Assembly: GCA_035403225.1 (NCBI GenBank)
Contig: DAONET010000004.1
Span: 12,552-76,551 of the forward strand
Length of the DNA: 64,000 nucleotides
Source of the DNA: Bacteroidales bacterium
GTDB lineage: Bacteria > Bacteroidota > Bacteroidia > Bacteroidales > FEN-979
Direction: 5' to 3'
Notes under the pieces: generated by a model
Seen by the model: only the letters and a program-made list of their open reading frames with translations
Told to the model about the DNA's origin: nothing
Database searches by the model: none
Program-made: the position numbers and the translations under genes
Shown: in pieces, positions 53,439-62,313 of the stretch
Layout of the letters: the number at the start of each line of letters is the position of its first letter
Numbering within the stretch: position 1 is the stretch's first letter

Positions 53439-54502
53439 TTTCGCTGACGGGGGATGAAGCCGGCTTCTGTAATGGCCCTGCAGATACCTTCGGCATCGAA
53501 GGAATGATGTGCGCCTGCCACCGAAACCACGTTCTCTTCGATCATGATGGACCCGAAATCATTGGCTCCGGCATGCAGGCAGAGCTCTGCGGTATCTTTA
53601 CCGACGGTGAGCCATGATGCCTGGATGTTGGAGATGTTGGGCAGCAGGATGCGGCTGATGGCAATCATGCGGAGGTATTCTCCCGGTGTCACTGTGTTGA
53701 CAACACCCGATTTGGTTCTTAATACCGTGTTCTCATCCTGGAAAGGCCAGGGGATGAATGAGAGGAAACCCTTATTCCCTTTTGGACGTTCTTCCTGCAC
53801 TTCCCGGAGACGTATCATGTGTATGAATCGCTCTTCCACGGTTTCGACATTCCCGAACATCATGGTGGCGGAGGTAGTAAGGTCGATCTTGTGCGCTTCA
53901 CGCATCACATCCAGCCATTCACCGGCAGTGCATTTTCGCGGTGAGAGCAGGTTACGTACTCTGTCGACCAGGATCTCGGCTCCGGCACCGGGCAGGCTGT
54001 CCAGCCCCGCTTCCACCAGCTTCTCCAACACTTCCCGGTAGGTGATGCCCTCTATCCTGGCGATGTGGACAATTTCGGGAGGACCCAGGGCGTGTAATTT
54101 CAGCCCGGGGAAGGATTCTTTCAGCTGGTGGAAAAGAGTAGTGTAAAAATCCAACCCGAGATGAGGATGCATCCCTCCCTGCAATAACAACTGGTTACCG
54201 CCCAGCTTTTGCATCTCTTCGATCTTGGCGCGGTACTCCTCCATCGTGGTGATGTAAGCTTCCCGGTTGCCGATGGGCCGGTAAAAGTTGCAGAACCTGC
54301 ATCCAGATATGCAGATATTCGTGATGTTTACGTTCCGGTCGATGATCCAACCCACCGTGTTGTCGGGATGCAGGGTTTTCCTAATTTCGTCTCCGATCAG
54401 CATCAACTCTGCCACAGGGACATCCTGCCAAAGCAATAAGGCTTCGCCGCTGGTCAACCATTCATGATGGAGCGCCTTCCGGATAACGGATGTAATTTTC
54501 AT
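53417..54502 (-). CDS. Radical-SAM enzyme of the CofH/MqnC/MqnE family (futalosine-route menaquinone type)
   Basis: The CxxxCxxC cluster context is NITNICISGCRFCNFYR. Length is 361 aa, and the C-terminal TIM-barrel extension is as in MqnC/MqnE/CofH. The 3' end overlaps waaA by 22 nt in convergent orientation. Confidence 0.72.
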   Translation of the reverse strand: MKITSVIRKALHHEWLTSGEALLLWQDVPVAELMLIGDEIRKTLHPDNTVGWIIDRNVNITNICISGCRFCNFYRPIGNREAYITTMEEYRAKIEEMQKLGGNQLLLQGGMHPHLGLDFYTTLFHQLKESFPGLKLHALGPPEIVHIARIEGITYREVLEKLVEAGLDSLPGAGAEILVDRVRNLLSPRKCTAGEWLDVMREAHKIDLTTSATMMFGNVETVEERFIHMIRLREVQEERPKGNKGFLSFIPWPFQDENTVLRTKSGVVNTVTPGEYLRMIAISRILLPNISNIQASWLTVGKDTAELCLHAGANDFGSIMIEENVVSVAGAHHSFDAEGICRAITEAGFIPRQRNQDFTSV

Positions 54503-54545
54503 CAGATTATATTCGAAAAAAGAGGTTTTGTACCAACCTGTTTTT

Positions 54546-54553
54546 TACCTTTG
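54546..54553 (+). promoter_or_regulatory. Bacteroidota-type -7 box (TACCTTTG)
   Basis: It lies 29 nt upstream of the pepA ATG at 54583. Confidence 0.4.
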
Positions 54554-54582
54554 CATACCTTGGGTCCAAAATTACGAAAAAA

Positions 54583-56016
54583 ATGAAGCCGAAGATTGTA
54601 CCAGTAGTAAAGCATGAGGCCGCAGGATGTACGGTATACCTGGTCTCGTCTCCCAAAGACCTTCCGGCAGGCATATTCAGCAAACCCGAACTCACTTACA
54701 TACGTCACAGGAAAGAGGAAAAAGCGGACTGGATACCATTTGACCGCCTGGGTTATTGGGACTTTGTTCAATTTATCAAAGAAGAGAAAGATCTTTACCG
54801 GCGTCTCGAAGAACTCCGGAAAGCCGGAGACCGGCTCCAGGCCTTTCTCAACAAGCATAAAGTAACCGGCATCACCATTTCGGGTCCCGGTAATGACCCA
54901 TTAGTTACCCTGACTTTTGCAGAAGGGGTCATTCTGGGTGACTATCGCTTTTCGAAATACAAAACCACCAAAGACGACAGTGTTACCCTGGAGGAAATCC
55001 GGATTTGCACCGATGCCTTGCCTGTCGAAGGGATCGCCCTGTTGGATGCAGTAACGGACGGAGTGTACTTCGCCCGCGATCTCATCAATGAACCTAATTC
55101 GGGGCTTACAGCAGGGATTTTTGCCCACGAAATAACGGAAATGGGCAAATCATGCGGGGTGGAAGTGGAGGTGATGAATAAAAACAAACTGGAAGCTCTC
55201 CAGATGGGAGGCATTCTGGGCGTTAACAAAGGAAGTCACGAACCGCCGTTGATGGTCTGCATGGAGTACAAACCTTCCCATCCGAAGAACAAAAACCCGT
55301 TTGTGCTGGTTGGGAAAGGCATCATGTTCGACACGGGCGGAATGAACCTGAAGCCGGGCGATTACATGAACGACATGAAAGACGATATGTCGGGAGGCGC
55401 GGCTGTGGCCGGAGCAATGATGGCGATTGCACGGGCAAAGCTGTCGGTGCATATCATCGGACTGGTACCGGCGACAGATAATCGTCCGGGAGAACAGGCC
55501 ATTGTTTCGGGAGATGTATTGCGCATGCATAACGGAAAGACCGTAGAAGTCATCAATACCGATGCAGAAGGGAGACTGATCCTGGCTGATGCCTTGAGTT
55601 ATGCTTCCCGGTATAAACCGGCCCTGGTCATCGATCTGGCTACATTGACGGGCTCTGCCCTCCGGGCTGTTGGCAAAGGCGCAATAGCAGGGATGCAGGC
55701 CGGTGCAACCGAATGGATGGATCAACTCATCAAATCAGGCTTCGCTGTCCATGAACGGATCGTTGAATTGCCCCTGTGGGATGATTATGCGGAAGCACTG
55801 AAATCGGAGGTGGCCGATATGAAAAACCTGGGAGGACCTGAAGCCGGTGCTATCATCGCCGGAAAATTTCTCGAAAAATTCACTTCCTATCCTTTCATTC
55901 ATCTCGATATCGCCGGACCGGCATTTTTAGATAAACGGGATCATTATCGTGGCATTGGCGGGACGGGCGTAGGAGTTCGCCTGCTTTTCCATTTTTTTAG
56001 TACGAAGACAACCTGA
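54583..56016 (+). CDS. pepA: Leucyl aminopeptidase (M17 family)
   Basis: M17 motifs are present: VGKGIMFDTGGMNLKP, DMSGGAAV, NTDAEGRLILADAL. Confidence 0.9.
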   Translation: MKPKIVPVVKHEAAGCTVYLVSSPKDLPAGIFSKPELTYIRHRKEEKADWIPFDRLGYWDFVQFIKEEKDLYRRLEELRKAGDRLQAFLNKHKVTGITISGPGNDPLVTLTFAEGVILGDYRFSKYKTTKDDSVTLEEIRICTDALPVEGIALLDAVTDGVYFARDLINEPNSGLTAGIFAHEITEMGKSCGVEVEVMNKNKLEALQMGGILGVNKGSHEPPLMVCMEYKPSHPKNKNPFVLVGKGIMFDTGGMNLKPGDYMNDMKDDMSGGAAVAGAMMAIARAKLSVHIIGLVPATDNRPGEQAIVSGDVLRMHNGKTVEVINTDAEGRLILADALSYASRYKPALVIDLATLTGSALRAVGKGAIAGMQAGATEWMDQLIKSGFAVHERIVELPLWDDYAEALKSEVADMKNLGGPEAGAIIAGKFLEKFTSYPFIHLDIAGPAFLDKRDHYRGIGGTGVGVRLLFHFFSTKTT

Positions 56017-56046
56017 CAATCATATAATCTAACACTTGTTTTTCAG

Positions 56047-57129
56047 ATGACACAACCGACTCCTGATACACAAAACCGCATCCGCGTGGGCATTACACAC
56101 GGAGATGTAAATGGCATCAACTACGAAATCATCATTAAAACGATGCTCGATCAGCGCCTTTACGAGAATTACACCATCATCGTTTACGGATCCTCGAAAG
56201 TGGCTTCCTACCACCGCAAGATCATTGATGCAAACGACTTCAATTTTAACATTATACGAAAAGCTGACCAGGCCCATCCCCGGAAACCCAATATCATCAA
56301 CATCCTGGAGGATGAGGTGAAGCTTGAAACGGGGAAATCGACAGCCCTCGCGGGAGAACTTGCCCTGATGGCCCTGGAGATGGCCGTGAATGACCTGTCC
56401 AATCACCAGATTGATGTCCTGGTGACAGCCCCGATCAACAAAAAAAATATCCAATCGGATAAATTTCATTTTCCCGGACATACCGAATACCTGGCCACAA
56501 AATTCAATACTCCTGATAACCTGATGTTCATGGTCACCAACGCATTCCGCATCGGGGTGGCCACGGGTCATTTACCGATTGCCCGGGTTGCCCAGGAGAT
56601 AAACGAAGAACTCATTCTTCACAAGATCCGAATCATGAATCAATCCCTGATCCGTGATTTTGGCATCGTCAAGCCCCGGATTGCCGTGTTAGCGCTGAAT
56701 CCGCATGCCGGCGACGAAGGGATCATCGGTGATGAAGATCAGCGGATAGTGGCGCCAGCTATCAATAAAGCCATCGCGCAAAACATCCTGGCTTTCGGAC
56801 CGTATCCGGCAGATGGTTTCTTCGGATCATCCTCCTTCCGCGAATTCGATGGCATCCTGGCCATGTACCATGACCAGGGTATGATACCTTTCAAACTGTT
56901 GTCGTTCGATGAAGGAGTGAACTACACTGCCGGTCTCCCATTTGTGAGAACTTCCCCTGCTCATGGCACCGCTTATGATATTGCCGGAAAAAACATGGCC
57001 AACCCGGAAGCATTCCGGAATGCTATTTACATGGCGTGCGATATATATCAGAACCGCCACGATTACGATGAATTGCATGCCAATTCATTGAACCCGGCCC
57101 AACCTCCGGTAGAACCTGCTACTACATGA
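56047..57129 (+). CDS. pdxA: 4-hydroxythreonine-4-phosphate dehydrogenase
   Basis: PdxA motifs are present: GITHGDVNGINYEII, FPGHTEYLA, AMYHDQG, TSPAHGTAYDIAGKNMANP. The stop overlaps the next start (ATGA). Confidence 0.9.
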   Translation: MTQPTPDTQNRIRVGITHGDVNGINYEIIIKTMLDQRLYENYTIIVYGSSKVASYHRKIIDANDFNFNIIRKADQAHPRKPNIINILEDEVKLETGKSTALAGELALMALEMAVNDLSNHQIDVLVTAPINKKNIQSDKFHFPGHTEYLATKFNTPDNLMFMVTNAFRIGVATGHLPIARVAQEINEELILHKIRIMNQSLIRDFGIVKPRIAVLALNPHAGDEGIIGDEDQRIVAPAINKAIAQNILAFGPYPADGFFGSSSFREFDGILAMYHDQGMIPFKLLSFDEGVNYTAGLPFVRTSPAHGTAYDIAGKNMANPEAFRNAIYMACDIYQNRHDYDELHANSLNPAQPPVEPATT

Positions 57130-59672
57130 CTTTTGAAAAGTATACATTAAACCGCATCTGTGAAATTACCGGGGGACATATCCTGTCTTCCCGCACAGAT
57201 GATCCATACGTTCGGGATCTGTTGATCGACAGCAGAAGGTTAGTGGATCCTGCAGGATGCCTGTTTGTCGCCCTGGTGACCCAACGCAATGACGGCCACC
57301 GTTATATTGGCGACCTGTACGAAAAGGGAGTGCGATTGTTCATGATCCGGGATCGTCGTTACCTGAATCCCGGAACAGACAAAGAAACGCCTCTTTCGGG
57401 TGATGGCTCTCCCTATCCTGACGCCGCTTTTTTGGTGGTGAATGATACCCTGACTGCCCTGCAAAAATTGGCAGCTTACCACCGGAGCCTCTTCACGTCA
57501 CCGGTCATCGGAATTACCGGCAGCAACGGAAAAACGATCGTGAAAGAATGGCTATTCCAACTGTTGGCGCAGGATTTCAGGATCATCAGGAGTCCGAGAA
57601 GTTTCAATTCACAAATTGGCGTGCCGTTATCGGTGATGAAAATGGAGGGCGGTGACGACCTGGCTATTATCGAAGCCGGTATCTCACAGCCTGGTGAGAT
57701 GGAACACCTCGAACCCATCATCCGGCCAACCATCGGACTGATCACGAATATCGGCCATGCTCATGATGAACATTTTCTGAATGCCGCCCAGAAAGCAACC
57801 GAGAAACTGAAACTGTTTGAACATTCCAAAATCATCATGTACTGTTCAGACTATACGGTAATCAGGGAGAAGATTCAGTCTTCACCAACGCTTTCGACCA
57901 TCAGCACCTTCACCTGGAGTCGTACCGGGGAGGCCGACCTGAAGATCACCGCCGTCAACAAGAGAGGAGAAAATACCTTGATCGAAGGCCTCTTTCAAGG
58001 CCGGGAGATGCAGATCACTATTCCGTTAACCGACGAGGCTTCCATCGAAAACGCCATCCATTGCTGGGCAGTGATGCTCTATCTTGGAACCGACCCTGCC
58101 GTGATAGCTCCTCGCATGCTGCAGTTGACACCTATCGCACTGCGACTCGAATTGAAAGAAGCAGTGAACCATTGTTCGCTGATAAACGACATTTACAATT
58201 CCGATATCAACTCCCTCGGTATTGCTATCGATTTTCTGTTATCGCAAAATCAACATCCCCGACGCACGGTCATCCTCTCCGATATATTGCAGAGTGGTCG
58301 CGATAAAGAAGAATTATACCGGGAATTGGGAGAAGTATTCGCGTTTAAAAAGATTGACCGCGTGATCGGCATCGGGAAAGATATCTCGCGTTACTCACGA
58401 ATGTTCCCGATGGAAGGTTCTTTTTTCCTGACTACGGATGATTTCCTTGCTCATTACCCGATATCACAATTCCGTGACGAAACCATCCTGCTGAAAGGCG
58501 CCCGTTTGTTTGAATTTGAAAAGATCAGCAGGGTCCTTCAGCGAAAAGCGCATGAAACAGTACTTGAGATCAACCTCGATGCCCTCGTTCATAACCTGAA
58601 TTATTACCGCTCCAAGCTGAAACCCGGCGTGAAAGCCATGGCCATGGTCAAAGCTTTTGCTTACGGAAGCGGTAGCTTCGAAATAGCCAACCTCATGCAG
58701 TTTCACCGGGTCGATTACCTGGCCGTAGCTTACGCCGACGAAGGTGTCGATCTCAGGAAAGCCGGAATCCGCCTGCCGATTGCCGTCATGAGCCCGGAAG
58801 AGCAAAGCCTTGATCTGCTGCTTAAATACAACCTGGAACCCGAAATCTATAATATCCATATTCTCGAACTGATCGAAAAGGCGATTGACCGCAATCAGAC
58901 AGCCCTGCAGGATGAAGTGCAGATCCATATCAAACTCGATACCGGGATGCACCGGCTTGGATTCAACGAACGCGATCTCGATGAACTGGGCGCCCATCTT
59001 CAGGCTAATCCACGGCTGCATGTCAGGTCGGTCTTCTCTCATCTCGCCGCCAGCGAAGATCCTGCAGAAGATGAATTTACCCGCCGCCAGATCGCGCTGT
59101 TTAATACAATGAGTAAAAAAATTACTCAATATGTGCAGTATCCATTTATTCGTCACATTCTGAATTCGGCGGGGATCAGCCGTTTCCCTGAAGCGCAACT
59201 GGATATGGTCAGGATCGGGATCGGATTATATGGAGTCGGTTTTGATGAGGCGGAAGGAGCGGCATTGCGGAATGTCAGCACCCTGAAGACCGTTGTGACG
59301 CAGGTAAGGTGGATCCCCAAAGGAGATACAGTGGGTTACAACCGGAAAGGAGTGGCCGACACGGATAAAGTCATTGCCGTGGTACCGATCGGTTATGCCG
59401 ACGGACTTGACCGGCGGTTGGGTAACGGGCATGGGAAGTTTTATATTGGGGGAAAGGCAGCCCCGGTAATCGGGAACATCTGCATGGATCTGGTCATGTT
59501 GGATGTCACCGAATTGGTTAATCAGGGAATGGACATCCGGGAAGGGGAGGAGGCGGTTCTTTTCAGCGATGAACATCCCGTAACGGAACTGGCAAAACTC
59601 ACAGGGACCATCCCTTATGAAATACTCACCAGTATTTCTCCGCGGGTAAAAAGAATCTATTTTCACGAATAA
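57126..59672 (+). CDS. murF/alr: Bifunctional UDP-MurNAc-pentapeptide synthetase (MurF) / alanine racemase fusion
   Basis: The N-terminal half is a Mur ligase (GITGSNGKTIVKEWL). The C-terminal half is an alanine racemase with a PLP-Lys context (MAMVKAFAYGSG) and a C-terminal beta domain. This fusion is typical of Bacteroidota. Confidence 0.88.
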   Translation: MTFEKYTLNRICEITGGHILSSRTDDPYVRDLLIDSRRLVDPAGCLFVALVTQRNDGHRYIGDLYEKGVRLFMIRDRRYLNPGTDKETPLSGDGSPYPDAAFLVVNDTLTALQKLAAYHRSLFTSPVIGITGSNGKTIVKEWLFQLLAQDFRIIRSPRSFNSQIGVPLSVMKMEGGDDLAIIEAGISQPGEMEHLEPIIRPTIGLITNIGHAHDEHFLNAAQKATEKLKLFEHSKIIMYCSDYTVIREKIQSSPTLSTISTFTWSRTGEADLKITAVNKRGENTLIEGLFQGREMQITIPLTDEASIENAIHCWAVMLYLGTDPAVIAPRMLQLTPIALRLELKEAVNHCSLINDIYNSDINSLGIAIDFLLSQNQHPRRTVILSDILQSGRDKEELYRELGEVFAFKKIDRVIGIGKDISRYSRMFPMEGSFFLTTDDFLAHYPISQFRDETILLKGARLFEFEKISRVLQRKAHETVLEINLDALVHNLNYYRSKLKPGVKAMAMVKAFAYGSGSFEIANLMQFHRVDYLAVAYADEGVDLRKAGIRLPIAVMSPEEQSLDLLLKYNLEPEIYNIHILELIEKAIDRNQTALQDEVQIHIKLDTGMHRLGFNERDLDELGAHLQANPRLHVRSVFSHLAASEDPAEDEFTRRQIALFNTMSKKITQYVQYPFIRHILNSAGISRFPEAQLDMVRIGIGLYGVGFDEAEGAALRNVSTLKTVVTQVRWIPKGDTVGYNRKGVADTDKVIAVVPIGYADGLDRRLGNGHGKFYIGGKAAPVIGNICMDLVMLDVTELVNQGMDIREGEEAVLFSDEHPVTELAKLTGTIPYEILTSISPRVKRIYFHE

Positions 59673-59681
59673 CCATAACTC

Positions 59682-60422
59682 ATGACACATAACCTTAGCA
59701 TTATCATTCCTGCCTACAACGAAGCCGCCACTATTCACCTGATCCTTGATAAGGTATTGGCTGTTCACCTTAACGGAGGCATGGGGAAAGAGATCATCAT
59801 CGTGAACGACTGCAGCAAGGATGCCACGGTGGAAGCCGTGGAGCGGTATATATCCGCTCATCTCGGGGAGAACATTAAGCTCTTCAGTCAGCCGAAGAAC
59901 ATGGGAAAAGGAGCCGCCCTCCATCGCGGAATCGCGGAAGCGACGGGTGAATACCTCATCATCCAGGATGCCGACCTTGAGTACGATCCGGAAGAGTACA
60001 ACATCCTGCTAAAGCCTATTCTCAGCGGTTTTGCCGATGTGGTTTACGGATCGCGTTTCATGGGGGGAAATCCGCATCGCATCCTCTTCTTCTGGCACTC
60101 GATTGGCAACAGGATGCTGACGTTCGTTTCCAATATGTTCACGAACCTGAATCTCTCCGATATGGAGACCTGTTATAAACTATTCAAATCAGCATACATT
60201 AAGCAAATATATTTCCGGGAGAACCGGTTTGGGTTTGAACCGGAAGTGACAGCGAAGATCGCACGATTCAAAGGGATCAGGATCTATGAAGTGGGGATCA
60301 GTTATTATGGCCGGACCTACGAAGAAGGGAAGAAGATCGGGGCAAAAGACGGATTCCGCGCCATCTGGTGCATCCTCAAATACAACCTGTTCTCGAGAAA
60401 ATACCTGAAAGATCAGAACTAA
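59682..60422 (+). CDS. GT2-family glycosyltransferase, polyprenyl-phosphate sugar synthase type (DPM1/Ppm1/ArnC-like)
   Basis: The motifs [39 protein letters not shown] and YGSRF are present. The 246-aa protein has no TM tail. Confidence 0.8.
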   Translation: MTHNLSIIIPAYNEAATIHLILDKVLAVHLNGGMGKEIIIVNDCSKDATVEAVERYISAHLGENIKLFSQPKNMGKGAALHRGIAEATGEYLIIQDADLEYDPEEYNILLKPILSGFADVVYGSRFMGGNPHRILFFWHSIGNRMLTFVSNMFTNLNLSDMETCYKLFKSAYIKQIYFRENRFGFEPEVTAKIARFKGIRIYEVGISYYGRTYEEGKKIGAKDGFRAIWCILKYNLFSRKYLKDQN

Positions 60423-60432
60423 AACAGCGCAG

Positions 60433-62295
60433 ATGAGCCTAAAAAAGAAGAACCTCTGGTCACTGGCAGCTTTTGTAATACTGGCGACTGCCGTGGTATA
60501 CGGACGTTTTCTGCTTCCACGGTGGCTTACGTATAACTGTCTCTCCATCATTTCGTGGGATGTTTTTGGTTACTATATCTACCTCCCGGCCACCTTCATT
60601 CATCACGATGTAGGGTTGAAGGATTTCACCTGGTTGCAGTCCATCCTGGATACCTACAAGCCGACCATCGGTTTTTACCAGGCATATGTAGGTCCCACCG
60701 GGGATTATGTCATGAAATATACCATGGGACTGGCCATTCTGTATTCTCCGTTCTTCTTTATCGCCCATCTTCTGGCTCCTGTTCTCGGGTATCCGGCCGA
60801 TGGCTTCTCACTGCCTTACGAGATCTCCATTTCTTTGGGAGGATTGGTTTACGCTATCATTGGTTTATGGTTCTTACGGAAAGCATTGCTCCGTTATCTG
60901 CCCGATCGCATCGCAGCCCTGACCATGGCTGTGATCGTTCTCGGGACAAACTATTTCCAACTTACGGCCTACGATGGGGCCATGTCACATAATTATCTCT
61001 TCTTCCTTTACGCCCTGCTTTTCTGGTTTTCGATTAAATGGAATGAAAAACCAGGATGGGGATATGCTGCCGGACTCGGACTGGTGCTGGGGATGATGGC
61101 CCTGATCAGGCCGACAGAGATTATTGCTGTGCTGATCCCGGTATGTTGGGGAGTATTTAACAAAGAGACATTGCTGAAGAAATGGCGGTTGCTGCTCGAC
61201 CATTACGGACAAGTGATCGTGGCCGGCATATTGCTCTTTCTGGTTGGCTTTATGCAACTCCTGTATTGGAAGTTGCATGCCGGCGAATGGATTTATTACA
61301 GCTACGAGGCAGGGGAGCGGATTCGTCTGTTTGCCCCCTATTTCATGCGGGTCATGTTCTCGTTCAAGAAAGGCTGGTTGATATACACACCCCTGATGGC
61401 CTTTGCCATCCTCGGTTTCATCGTTCATTTCCGGAGGAATAAAGAAAGCTTCGTCCCTATCTTCCTTTTCACTTTTCTGAACCTGATGATCATCTGCGGG
61501 TGGACTACGTGGTGGTTCGGTGGGAGTCTCGGACAGCGTTCGATGATGCAGTCGTACGCTCTTCTCGCTCTCCCGATGGGCTTTTTCATCCAGTGGGTCT
61601 CGGAAAGAAAATGGTTTGTACGCATTCTTTTTATCCTTGTCTTCGGATGGGGAATCTTTCTGAACCTGTTCCAGACCTGGCAATATATGAATTTCATTTT
61701 CGATCCATCGAGAATGACCCGGCCGTATTACAAGGCAGTGTTTTTGAAAGATCATGTTGATCCCGAAGATTACCGGTTGCTGGAGCCCGAGAAAAATAGC
61801 GATAATGTATTGGAATCAATGGGTGATGGTAAGGATTATCATCGCCGTCCATTACTCTCACAAGGTTTTGAATATCCCGATCAGAAAGAATTGGCATATT
61901 ATGTATTATCACCCGTTCATTCCGGGAAGTATGCCTATAAATTAGATTCAACCAACCAGTTTTCAACAGGCTTTAAAGCAACTGCTGACAAGGTCTCCTC
62001 CCTCAGTTATTATTGGATCAGGGCAACGGCCTGGGTTTATTCTTCCGCCGATTCCCTGGATAACCTGGTCGACATGGTCATCACCGTAGTTCATAACGGT
62101 GAACACGTAAAATACCGATCCCTTCCACTGGCAGGAAAAGGATTGATTCCTGACAAATGGCATCAGGTGACCATGGATTACGAAATACCCTATCTGGAAA
62201 ATCCAAAAGACAACCAGGTGCAGGTTTACCTTTGGAATCACGGGAAAAATGAGATGTTTGTGGATGATATGGATGTTTATGTATATGAAAAATAG
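60433..62295 (+). CDS. Polytopic membrane protein with a C-terminal soluble domain, a putative GT-C-fold (ArnT/PMT-like) glycosyltransferase
   Basis: At least 10 hydrophobic segments span the first ~440 aa, and an acidic/aromatic motif sits in the first loop (SWDVFGYYIYLP). A ~180-aa beta-rich tail follows. It starts 10 nt after the GT2 gene. The family was not recognised with certainty. Confidence 0.55.
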   Translation: MSLKKKNLWSLAAFVILATAVVYGRFLLPRWLTYNCLSIISWDVFGYYIYLPATFIHHDVGLKDFTWLQSILDTYKPTIGFYQAYVGPTGDYVMKYTMGLAILYSPFFFIAHLLAPVLGYPADGFSLPYEISISLGGLVYAIIGLWFLRKALLRYLPDRIAALTMAVIVLGTNYFQLTAYDGAMSHNYLFFLYALLFWFSIKWNEKPGWGYAAGLGLVLGMMALIRPTEIIAVLIPVCWGVFNKETLLKKWRLLLDHYGQVIVAGILLFLVGFMQLLYWKLHAGEWIYYSYEAGERIRLFAPYFMRVMFSFKKGWLIYTPLMAFAILGFIVHFRRNKESFVPIFLFTFLNLMIICGWTTWWFGGSLGQRSMMQSYALLALPMGFFIQWVSERKWFVRILFILVFGWGIFLNLFQTWQYMNFIFDPSRMTRPYYKAVFLKDHVDPEDYRLLEPEKNSDNVLESMGDGKDYHRRPLLSQGFEYPDQKELAYYVLSPVHSGKYAYKLDSTNQFSTGFKATADKVSSLSYYWIRATAWVYSSADSLDNLVDMVITVVHNGEHVKYRSLPLAGKGLIPDKWHQVTMDYEIPYLENPKDNQVQVYLWNHGKNEMFVDDMDVYVYEK

Positions 62296-62313
62296 GTAAT
62301 CAACGAACACTGC

